A stretch of DNA of 64,000 bases from Enoplolaimus lenunculus (Eukaryota), in the NCBI GenBank assembly GCA_030248215.1, contig JASANG010000245.1, positions 62,001 through 126,000 on the forward strand, given 5' to 3'. The notes below the pieces were generated by a model. The model saw only the letters and a list, made by a program, of their open reading frames with translations, did no database searches and was not told the origin of the DNA. A program made the translations under genes and the position numbers. Each line of letters starts with the position of its first letter. Position 1 is the stretch's first letter. Of the stretch, positions 24,301 through 33,208 are shown piece after piece.

Positions 24301-26516
24301 ACAAAAAATGGTTTGAATTAAAAATGATGCTACTTTGAAAGCCAAAATAATTTGTGTATTTTAAAACTTACGTGTTCCATGACGTAATTTTAATTCACTT
24401 TGGATGAAGAGTTTCAAAAACTCCGCTTCGTTCAACGATTCAATTGACACCAGATCAGCGCCTGCCACTAGTGAACATTGCAGTTTCGCTTGCAACCAAG
24501 ACGCTTTGCGTGGATGAAACGCATAGCATGACTTCTCGTAGACTTGGTAGCCTTGGGGACAAACGAACTCGACAAGGCTGGCTGAAATACGAAACAAACA
24601 ACCTGCCATGGTACTAAATTCGATAAATAAGTTTAATAGACGGGTTGGACGAACAGAAAAAACTTAATATACTGATATTACGGTACGATTGATGAAAACG
24701 GTTTTTTGTTAAGGTTATTAGAAGCTCAAATATGCAAAAATTTAAACATCGAACACGGTTTTGTGCAAACGCCATCTGGGAATAACCGAATACGCCAAGT
24801 TTATGTCTGTTTCACTCTGTAAGTGTCAGTGAGTTAATTTTAACTCAGAATGAGTTGAATCACTCAGTCTGAGTTTTAGATTATCAGAACTCACAATTGT
24901 GAGTTGATTAAACTTATCATGAGTTAATTAATGAACTCCCTGGAGTTAACTCAGCTCACAGTGAGAATCAAGTCAGCTCACAGAGTGTGTTAACGTTTGC
25001 TGTTATTTACTGAGAAATAACCAACTTTCCGTCTGATTTGATTAATTAACTCATTGCAATTTACAGTGCACAACTTATAGTTTATAGCAATCATTTAGAA
25101 TTATTGGAGAACAAAAATATTAACTCTCTGATGGTACAGTTTTGTATTTATGGCCAAACCTAATCCAAAAGTGGTCTAATTGTTTTCAAATTAGGTTGTA
25201 TTGGTTTATAGTCTAAAGATTGCACAAATTTTAACCAAACCAGTTAATCAGGGAAAGTCTTTAGACCCTTCTGGCAATAGAAGAATGTTATATTTTAGTT
25301 GTAGAACTTATAAAAACAGTAGTATCTATTAAATATACTTACATCGAACTCTAAAACATTGGCCTCCATTGTGGCAAGCTTGATCGTGACACGATCGTAG
25401 TAATACACCGCTTACAACTGAAAATATCAACGACTAAAATAGAATTTGCTAATCTAAAACATGATTCTAAAGCATACGAGTCAAATATTCTGGCTCATGC
25501 AAAGATCAGAGGCGGAACGTTTTTTTCTGTGGGACAAGAATAGAGTAAGCGTAAGCTTTACACTAGCTTTCTTTCTTGGCTTAGGCTTAGGCTTAGGCTA
25601 ATACTTAGGAATAAACTCATTTTTACGCTTAGGTTTAGGTTTAGGTTTACGCTTAAGAATATGCTTATAATACTGTTCGGCCCTTGTTCTTTACATTGAC
25701 CAATATTCCTAATTAGAGCATGCCAATGGACATAGCCTAACAATCCTAATTTGGTTCGATAAAAGTGAATCAGTATTACAAATTAGAGTACGTAACGTGG
25801 TTTGGATATATATATATAATATATATATTTATAAGATGATTGGGTTACTTAAAAAATATAAGCTTACAGTTCAAAAGTTTTACCGAACCCAAAGAACCGC
25901 TGAGCATATATATTCAAAAGATAATGAATGCATCGTCCACTTTAATTTGCGTCCATCCTGTGGATCTAGAAATCGACTATTTGCCTTCTCGACAAATTCA
26001 AACGAGATGGTAAATTGAAAAAAAAACTGACTAGAAATATACGAAAAAGGCCACATTTAATCGTAGGGGTCAATCGACTTGATGTTAAAGATGAAAAACA
26101 CCTATTTACCACTCGGAAACGGACGATTTCAGGTTCCACAGCATGGACGCAAATTAAAGTGGACGATGCATAAAGCTAACGTTAATGGTAATGCAGTGCT
26201 TAATTCTGGGATTAATATTTATTTGCAAAATACGACCGTTTAAAAAGTTTGCTTATGTTACTTTTAGGGGCGTAGCATTAAACACTAGTGCATATGGGTA
26301 TTAACTCTGAAGCTTGAGTCTCGGCGTAAAGATAGGCTAAAACTACGCCTAAAACAAAACAAAAATTAGTAGGCTAAAGGCGACTGTATATATAGCAGTG
26401 CCGTGTGGAAACGGACGTCCCTAAAAGTAACATTAGCCAGAAGATATATACTTACCAACAAAATTTACAAAACAATAAAACGCGTTCAAGATGATAATTC
26501 TTACTAAGAGTTTCAT
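311..26516 (-). CDS. lat-2: Latrophilin-like adhesion GPCR (LAT-2 type), ectodomain exons only; gene continues beyond the left edge
   Basis: Phase-consistent GT-AG exons: 26516-26456 (signal peptide MKLLVRIIILNAFYCFVNFV), 25417-25343 (CHDQACHNGGQC), 24581-24372, 23106-22939, 22224-22120 (C-type lectin 1), 19324-19132, 17238-17123 (SUEL/Gal-lectin: IDVQYAQYG...CQGKISC...NPC...LEYRFRC), 16542-16408, 15819-15728, 14464-14379, 13238-13075 (C-type lectin 2, FWIG), 12708-12534, 11482-11294 (S/T-rich stalk), 10262-9946, 8556-8438 (HRM: CGPITKNGITWPTT...APC...GKARWKC), 7651-7430, 6402-6334, 4929-4803, 3660-3442, 2744-2564, 496-311 (GAIN, IVNSQII...PRCAFWNY at the start of the GPS). About 1070 aa. The CTL-SUEL-CTL-HRM-GAIN order matches nematode LAT-2 as I recall it. 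Confidence 0.88.
1272..2398. repeat. 52-bp tandem minisatellite, about 21.5 near-identical units, in a lat-2 intron
   Basis: Unit AGAGTCAAAAACGCAACACCCGGTGGTACATTTTATATCATGCGGGACTCCA recurs at 1321, 1373, 1425 and so on, with only single-base variants or 1-bp deletions and no spacers. Confidence 0.98.
2847..3059. mobile_element. Palindromic CACTG-terminal MITE (TA-flanked, CMC/EnSpm-like), representative copy
   Basis: TA|CACTGCAAAAAAATGGTGAGTCAAATTGA...TTTTTGCAGTG|TA. Further copies at about 7102-7305, 9328-9475, 10274-10484, 28685-28893 and 46739-46944. Confidence 0.8.
3692..3876 (+). mobile_element. TTAGGC-bearing MITE, family B
   Basis: TIR consensus GGCC(A/C)ATGTTACTTTAAGGG; perfect 8-bp TSD AAATTGGT; internal TAAGCC repeats. 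Confidence 0.85.
4545..4794 (+). mobile_element. TTAGGC-bearing MITE, family A
   Basis: TIR GGCCCATGTATAGAACA(C/G)GGCCGGA with an internal (TAAGCC)n array. Confidence 0.85.
5891..6015 (-). mobile_element. tRNA-derived SINE, same family as 62590
   Basis: A box (GCAGTGGT), degenerate B box (AGATCGAAACC) and shared tail GTCTGAAGTCCCGATTCCTACCAGACTGA. Confidence 0.65.
6440..6848 (+). mobile_element. Family A MITE with a family B MITE nested at 6607-6816
   Basis: The A body is interrupted after GAAAAACG by a full B copy; the A right end resumes after CACAAACG (degenerate 8-bp TSD). Confidence 0.75.
7670..8057 (+). mobile_element. TTAGGC-bearing MITE, family A, expanded
   Basis: GGCCAATGTACGGAACAGGGG left TIR, repeated TAAGCC plus AAGAATGAG modules, and the family right end. 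Confidence 0.8.
8574..9013 (-). mobile_element. TTAGGC-bearing MITE, family A, expanded
   Basis: TIRs at both ends; degenerate TSD AAATTGCG/AAATTACA; about 6 internal (TTAGGC)n-spacer modules. Confidence 0.85.
11752..12340 (+). repeat. Four tandem ~125-133-bp units (flank plus family A MITE left half), ending in a complete MITE at 12182-12340
   Basis: Units start CT(A/CGA)GTGACCAGAAT at about 11752, 11885, 12008 and 12134. The last MITE has TSD AAAATTAT. Confidence 0.85.
13349..13756. mobile_element. Harbinger-like MITE (TIR GGGTTGCGCT(A/G)TACT) carrying a 31-bp minisatellite
   Basis: TIRs at both ends; unit GACGGACGGTGCCGTATGG(G/T)TGACGCACGGT about 7 times at 13505-13735. Relatives at about 14838, 23453, 54102 and 58002 (the last with TAA TSD). 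Confidence 0.75.
14049..14300. mobile_element. Palindromic Harbinger-like MITE (TIR AGCCCTATTCACACGTGCAAG), representative copy
   Basis: TTA TSD. Further copies or fragments at about 85-275, 6038-6312, 12837-13040, 28982-29271, 31662-31953, 32120-32330, 39424-39862, 49129-49346 and 59650-60340. Confidence 0.8.
14676..14748 (-). pseudogene. tRNA-like sequence (Ala-AGC-like); degenerate tRNA or SINE head
   Basis: Minus strand GGCCGCGTGGTGTAATGGCTAGCGCGCTTGACTAGCGAGCGAGAGGTCCGATGTTCGATTCCCGGTGTGGCCA has an acceptor stem, A box, GTTCGA B box and loop CTAGCGA. The anticodon and T stems carry mismatches and there is no oligo-T terminator. Confidence 0.65.
15350..15705 (+). mobile_element. Composite B/A/B TTAGGC MITE
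   Basis: B-type TIRs with perfect TSD CAAAATAA; the interior is an A fragment plus a B copy, as at 6480-6816. Confidence 0.8.
16069..16321 (+). mobile_element. piggyBac-like MITE with an internal tRNA-like cassette
   Basis: TTAA|CCCTTTCACTCAT...ATGTGAGAAAGGG|TTAA; internal TATAGCTCAGTGG...GGAGATCGAATC. Confidence 0.75.
16783..16990 (+). mobile_element. TTAGGC-bearing MITE, family A
   Basis: Perfect 8-bp TSD ACATTAAC. Confidence 0.85.
17321..17996. mobile_element. Non-autonomous TIR element, TAA TSD (PIF/Harbinger-like)
   Basis: TAA|CGCGGGATTCACGTTATAACCG...CGGTGATAACGTGAATCCCGCA|TAA. Confidence 0.75.
20886..21064 (+). mobile_element. Short non-autonomous Helitron; a second copy starts at 21079
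   Basis: A|TCTATATATTAAAGCTGGAACGCC start, TTTGCGCA-T-TGCGCAAA hairpin, CTAG|T end, no TSD. Confidence 0.8.
21565..21748 (+). mobile_element. TTAGGC-bearing MITE, family A
   Basis: Perfect 8-bp TSD ATGACCGC; about 9 pure TAAGCC units. Confidence 0.9.
22309..22890 (+). repeat. Three tandem ~180-bp units of a truncated family A MITE plus flank
   Basis: ATATTC(G/A)(C/T)AAGCTTAACCTAAACC...GAAAATACATTACTAGG recurs at about 22348, 22531 and 22710. Confidence 0.85.
25492..25701 (-). mobile_element. TTAGGC-bearing MITE, family A
   Basis: TSD AATATTCT/AATATTCC. Confidence 0.8.
25929..26170. mobile_element. MITE with ~50-bp TIRs in lat-2 intron 1
   Basis: TGCATCGTCCACTTTAATTTGCGTCCAT...ATGGACGCAAATTAAAGTGGACGATGCA is a perfect 28-bp inverted repeat that extends imperfectly. 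Confidence 0.75.
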
Positions 26517-26702
26517 ATAGCAAATTACATTCCTTTAATTGAATAAGCACAACAGAGCAATTTTCAACCTTATAGAACCTGGTATATAGCTATTTTCGAG
26601 CATAATAGGCAACGGGCAAATTAGCGCACCGCAGCTTCAAGCGTATGCGTTCGAATGTAAAACTTTAATTTTGTTATGAAGCAAATACATCTTTGCCATT
26701 TT

Positions 26703-26903
26703 GACCAATGTTTACTTTTAGGGACGTAACAGTCGATTAAGCGTATTCCTAAGCCTAAGCCTAATCGTAAAGCGTTGCAAAAATGTGTTCCTAAGCCTAA
26801 GGTTAAGCCTAAGCCTAAGCAAAAAAATGTAATCTGGAATCTAAATCTACGTTCTTTTGTAGACCAACCAGAAAACTGGACGCTCCTTAAAGTAACACAG
26901 GCC
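26703..26903 (+). mobile_element. TTAGGC-bearing MITE, family B
   Basis: Perfect TSD GCCATTTT. Confidence 0.85.
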
Positions 26904-26920
26904 GCCATTTTTCGCGACCT

Positions 26921-27144
26921 GGGCCCATATTCTCAAATGCATATACCACCAATCACCAGTTAGTAAGAGGTTTTCAAACTAACCAACTGGTGAAATTACA
27001 GATCTCAAAATTTTACACAGTAGCAGAGAATATCGAAAGCAATAAATGTGCTGAATTTCAAACCTCACTATTCCCTGCTTCGAAAGTTACAATGCCTATC
27101 ACCAACCGGCAATAGGTGCTACACACATTTGAGAATACGAGCTC
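26921..27144. mobile_element. Palindromic MITE (TIR GG(C/T)CCGTATTCTCAAATGTGTGTAGCACCTAT), representative copy
   Basis: Further copies at about 18345-18570, 23200-23390, 38778-38998, 56940-57104 and 63784-64000. Confidence 0.75.
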
Positions 27145-29568
27145 TTGCCTCAGATGAGGTCGTGTTTATAGAGTTCGAGCAATTTTTGATTTGCATATAT
27201 GCACGTATATTTTATGTTGGTTAATAGATTGTAAACTTTTTAAATTAATAATTAAAGGTTAATTTCAAAGTGTTGTTGGGTTAAACAGAATTCGTGGACG
27301 TAGACGTCGAATAGTAGTGATATGTTAACCAGCCTGTTTCGAATCGGATTGACGGAACGTCTTACAGAATGTGTACAAATATCCTGGTTTAATGCCAAAA
27401 ATTTTATGTCTAAAATGTGTTTTGCAAGAAATTTCACTTGTTATGCAACGTTTAGGTGTAAATAGCTCGGGCAGTTGTGTAAATGACTTACATGTTCAAT
27501 GGTATGCACGTGTGTACTGTGAAAAGTTTGTGATTTATTAGCATTATGTAACCCCAAACCAGAACTCCGTTTCGTTAAACAACAGTGATGTAAATACCAA
27601 CGCTGATTGGTTAACGATGTTGCGTCTGTCCAAGTAATCAAATCTGAGTGGTCTATAAGTTTAATAGCAGTGTATTCTAAGCAAAAATACTATTACACAA
27701 TATAGCAGATTAGTCTATGCCAATTAGTAACTAGTCTGAATAGCTGATTAGCCTACGACATATACATATTTTGCAATTTTGAAAAAAGAACGTGTAAAAT
27801 AAAACAGTTACAAAGGATGTACTTAATATCGGTCAACATAGAGAAAAAATACAACATGAAAGGTTACCGCCTATCCTCGAACAGAAAATAGTATTGTTGA
27901 TAAAAACACAGCGGTGATACCATGTGCATTTTCAGAATAATGCCAAGTGTCTTTAAAGCAAATATTACCTATTGTAAGTACTTCAACGTAAACGATGTAA
28001 CAATTGCGAACAGTAATGATGGCACTGGAGTGTGGCGAATGGGTGTATCTAACGGCAGTATGGTACATAGACCGCATAGATATTCGCTGAAGTTTCAGTA
28101 AAGACGGCGCAGGTCCGGAGCCACTTAGCCAGCCCGCCTTGCTAAGGCAGGGGCTAAAAAATTTTCAGGAAGGGCATACAAGGGATTTGGTTGACCGAGT
28201 AAGGTCGAAGATTTTCCAGGGGGCCAAAATTTTTTAAGGCTGGGTTGAGCCCTCCTGCTCCCAATTGACTACGGGTCCGAGACGGTAAAACGAGAGTATG
28301 CGTACAACTTGTCGTCCGACAAATGTTTACCTGAACCTAAAGCCTTAGCTTAAGCTTAGGTTCAGTGGTGGCCGATTGTCGGGTTTAAGGAGTCGATCGA
28401 CGAGTTGTCCGGCTACGAATTGTCGTGATTTTATGTGCGCAAGCTGAGGAATATACAACATGATTTTATAGCGTAACAATTATAAATTACAGTATGTCGT
28501 TTAATTATCATGAATCGCGAGAAACTGAAGTCAAGTTCAACTAAGAATAAACCGTTCGTCATGGGTTCGAACACCACCGCACATCCGCAGCAAAGTTTTC
28601 GTGAGTGGCTCTATATGGTACTGGTTAACTTAGATTTTATAATACTTTCCGTCAAAATGTCACCCTTCGTATGTCTTTTATTTACACTGCAAAAAATGGA
28701 GAGTCCAATTGACTCTCTCCGAAATAGGCTTTATGGGCCTACACAAACTACGTCAAATGTTACTCCGCCAGAATCAAGTTCGAGTCACTGAGTCGAATGT
28801 TTGACTTTGGCAAAGTCGAATTTGTAGCAGTTGGTGTAGTCCCGTAGAGCCTATTTCGGAGAGAATAAATTTGACTCGCCATTTTTTGCAGCGTTCCCCA
28901 TTTTCATAGTTTGTGCTTTAGGATATTCGGTTCTCAATTTTTTATGACTAATTTTGAAGCTTTCAGTCATTCGATGTCTTAAGCACCATTCACACGTGCA
29001 AGTTTTTGCAGCGTGAACTCGCAGCTGCAACTTGCACTAAATACTTGGAACTGCAAGTATTTTCAAAGAAACATTCCGATTTACCAATCAAACTGCAGAT
29101 GCAAGAAATTCAAGCACTTGCAACTGCGTTCACGCGAATAAAATAAAGTAGCATGAATTTCAGTATAATTTGCAGCTGCAAAAACATCAAAGCTGCTTTG
29201 TGACACAACTTGCGCGTGCAAGTTGCACATGCAAGTTTTTGCTGCAAAAACTTCCACGTGTGAATAGGGCTTAAGCTATGCTACTGTACGCCTTTGAGAC
29301 AAGAAAAATTTTGACACAAGTTTCATACTGAAAACCCATTTAAAATATGTTGATTAAAGTTAAACAACTACTCAAACAAGTGTTTGTCTGCTGGATTTAA
29401 GTAAGAGTTTATGTCGGGTCCAATAGGGCACAAGCACAGACGATGTGAGCAGTTGAAGCATAATATCAAAACTGCCCACCCTGGCATACGGACCCGTTTG
29501 AGAACTTGAAAACAGCGTAATTAGACAAAAAAACAGCCACGTGTTGCAATCGGCGTATAATCAAAGAT

Positions 29569-29771
29569 GGCCAATGCAAAGAACAGGGGCGGAACGGTAT
29601 TTTACGCATATTCCTAAGCTCGAGCCTAAGCCTTAGCCTATACGTAAGAATGAGTTTATTAATAAGCCTAATCTTAAGCCTAAGCCAAGCAAAAAAAATT
29701 AGTCTAAAACATAAGCTTACTCAATTGTAGTCCCACAGAAAAACGTTCCGCCCCTGATGTTTACATTTGCC
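29569..29771 (+). mobile_element. TTAGGC-bearing MITE, family A
   Basis: Perfect TSD TCAAAGAT. Confidence 0.85.
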
Positions 29772-30596
29772 TCAAAGATTAACAACACTTTGGTATATCA
29801 GTAACTTTGCAGAACACAGGATCAGCAGCCAGCCCCCAAACCCCAGATTTGGCGAGACCGCTCGTAATAGACCCCGACGGCCTAACCAGATTAAACAAAT
29901 ACCGCAGTAGTCTTGACATCCTTCTTGCTTAAGTATAGTAGTTCATTGTAAACCTGGGCCAATGACACGTCTACCACTCACTGTAACCCCTAGGAAAGGC
30001 CCGGCTCCTCTTGACCTTACAAAACCATTCGGCCATAGTCATTGGGAAAAATTTCCACCCTCGGCGCAATTCAGGTAAAGCTCTTTGTTGTCAATGCTTG
30101 TTTCTTCTCTCAGTCGATCCGCTCGCGAGTTTTCTTCGCATCCCCGTGGGTCGCGCACCCAGATATTGGATTCAACTGCTGCACCCCGATGTTACTCAAC
30201 AAAGGGTGCCATGATGGCCCCATGCTGTGAGTGCGGCGTTGGATTCCGATGCCGTACCACATTGACATAAGTGAATTTCTATTACATTCAACATTTTTCA
30301 ATTTTTAATGCTATTGTTATTTTCAGAAGGGTGTGCTAACAGTTCGACTTTGGGGGATGGTTCAGCCATCCTGGGATATCTCGCCGAAAATGAATGATCC
30401 GGCTCTGGATTGCGGATGTCCACAGTGAAATTTGAGGGGAGCCACCACCTTTGCCTGGTCCGGCAATAACCTTGTAATATTGTACTACGCATACTAATTA
30501 TTTTTCAAATCATCCTTGTTATTTGCAGCTCCATATAGACAGGTCACTACAGTAAGCCCTTTGACGGTTGACCATAGTAAAATGGATCATTCTTTC

Positions 30597-30794
30597 GGCC
30601 CATGTTTTATTAAGGGGTGCCCAGGTTTCTGGTGGGTCTATAAAAGAGTAGGTTTAGATTCTAAATTACATTTTTTTGTTTAGGTTAAAGCTGAGGCTTA
30701 GGCTTAGGCTTAGGAACCACATTTTTGCAACGCTTAGGCTTAGGCTTAGGAGTACGCTTAATCTACTGTTATGTCCCTAAAAGTAACATTGGCC
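30597..30794 (-). mobile_element. TTAGGC-bearing MITE, family B
   Basis: Perfect TSD ATTCTTTC. Confidence 0.88.
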
Positions 30795-31196
30795 ATTCTT
30801 TCTATGGAAGCTAGTTAATAGACTCTACGCTACGTAATTTATAACCTGACGGGTAGAAAGCACTGGATGGTCTTACCCCATTGCATATAGCTGTGTGATC
30901 CCATCACATTATACTGTTATTGTTGACGGTACAATACATTTATTCCGTCGGCCAACTTTTGTAATTAATTAATAAGTTCAAGCCTGAAACTCCTGTTTAT
31001 TTGAGCCTACAGAATCAGTAAAATGTAACAAAATGGTTTATCTTCAGCGTCAAATTTGTCGCCAAAGTAAAAGTCAGGGGCGGAGCGTTTTTCTGAAGGA
31101 CTGCAATACAGTAACCTTAAGCTTTATACTATTATTTTTGGTTAGGCTTTTGGCTTAGGAAAATGCTTATACCACGGCCGTGTTCCATACATTGGC

Positions 31197-31399
31197 GGCC
31201 AATGTACAGAACAAGGGCAAAACAGTGTTATTACCCTATTCCTAAGCGTTAGCCTAAGCATCAAGTCTAAGTCTAAGCGTAACAATGAGCATATTCCTAA
31301 GCCTAAGCCTAAACCAAGCATAAAAATTCGTCTAAAGCTTAAACTTACTCTATTGCAGTCCCACACAAAAACGTTCCGCCCCTGAACTTTACATGGGCC
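31197..31399 (+). mobile_element. Family A MITE inserted into the TIR of an older inverted family A copy (about 31060-31408)
   Basis: Perfect TSD ACATTGGC, which is itself TIR sequence. Confidence 0.85.
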
Positions 31400-33170
31400 A
31401 CATTGGCTAATTTTGTATACTGCTTTTTACTACAGCACCTTTGTGTATAAATCATAGCATGTTGCCAATGGGGTTGATTTCGTTAAAAAATTTCTGAAAC
31501 CATTTTTACATCTGCAGTTCATTGCAGCAAGAACTTGCAGCTACAATTTGCATTCTCAGGTTTGAGCAATGAAATTTATGGTAAAGGGTTTCAAAACGAT
31601 TTGCGGAGTTAATACGACTTTGGCAAGCCAGGTAACGTTTGGTCACGAACCGGAATGCGTAAACCCTATTTACACATACAAATTTTTGCATCGAGAACTT
31701 GCAGCTGCAACTTGCAGCTGCAACTTGCACAAAATACTTGCAGCTGCAAGTATATATTTGTGACGAATCATAACTTTAATGCCAATTATGATGAATTGAT
31801 TCGACTTGCAAGGCTGTTCATACCTACGAATTAATTTTTCGCGTATATCATGAATAAATTTGCAGCTGCAAGTTTTTCGAATGAACCTTTCAAAAAAATT
31901 AAATTACAGTTGCAAGTTTCACAAGTAAGAAACATTCATGCGTAACGAAGGTTATACTCGATATTTCTTGACTTGAATTTAATGTTTAAAAATTTAAAAC
32001 TAGTCGCGTCACTTTTACTGCTGGTTGCGAAATATCAAACAAGTTAGATATTTGAATTAATTCAAACTTCTTAAATAAAATTCAAAGGTCTGAATTAATT
32101 CGAAAATCGTTCTGCAACACAGTTTCTCATTAGCCAATCAAAATGCAGGTGCTAGAAATTCAAGCGACTTGCGACAGCGTTCACATGAGTAAATTTAATT
32201 CAATAGCATAAATTCCAGCGAATAATTTGTTAGCTGCAAGAACTTCAAAACTGTTTAGTAACCAAACTTGCACATGCAACGTGCACGTGCAAGTATTTGT
32301 AGCCAAAACTTGCACGTGTGAATATGGCTTAACACTTTGCAAACGATTATTTTGATTTTATTCAGTATATTCCATTGACCAAAATTCAAATTTGCACTGC
32401 CTCATGTTGATTTCATATATTTAAAATCACACGGCTGATTTACTCGTTTAAAATAAATAATAGTATAATTAAACTTGCTATTTTCTTTAATATCTTTTTA
32501 AACTTTGTAAGGTGTACAATTATTATATACCATTAGACTATTTTCACAAAGCACAGGCAACTGACTATTGACGCCTTATCTGCAAAATAAGGTCACATTG
32601 AACGTGTACGATTTTCATCTTCGGCCCATTAATTTTTTTTGTGTTCAAATCAACGGGATTCTACGTGTCAAATTTAACGATACGCAAACATACTTAATAC
32701 AGCCATCTTTTTTTTGAAAATTGGACAAAATGTGTGTTTACATCTCTCGAACTCGTTTAGACGCAGCAAAACGTACTTAGAACGCCGTGAGATTTGTGAT
32801 TTACGCAAATTTTAGTTTCATCATTCTAAAGTAAACTAAAAACTGCTATATTGTGCCGTATATGAACGTCTAATAACTTTGAGAGGAGGTACGTTTCATG
32901 ACCTGTCTAGTATTGACACAGCAATATTCTACAAGGCAGCAGTCATCGAAAATCGCAGTATTTTATCGTTTGCCGTTATTTGGTGTCGTAATTTTGAAAT
33001 TTACCAAAGTTGAATTTTGAACAATTTGAAAATCCTGGCGTACCAACTTTACTGTGTAAATTTTAGTGAGTTGATTTTAACTCAGAATGAGTTCAAAACA
33101 CGCTTCCTATTTTTGCCAACGATTCTTTTAGTGAATGAAATTAAAGTTGCAAATGATTCAATTTTTGTAC

Positions 33171-33176
33171 TTTCAG
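33171..33176 (+). promoter_or_regulatory. Candidate SL trans-splice acceptor (TTTCAG), 32 nt upstream of the collagen ATG
   Basis: Perfect nematode acceptor with a T-rich upstream tract and no upstream coding exon required. Confidence 0.45.
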
Positions 33177-33208
33177 ATCAAACTTTTACCAACTCGCAAT
33201 ACTGAGAT

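Noticed and set aside
29980..30560. Possible LTR or retroelement remnant (TGTAAC start, GC-richer sequence, short ORFs); similar impression at about 5240-5437
   Set aside because: No TSD, second LTR, primer-binding site or recognisable protein motif could be established.
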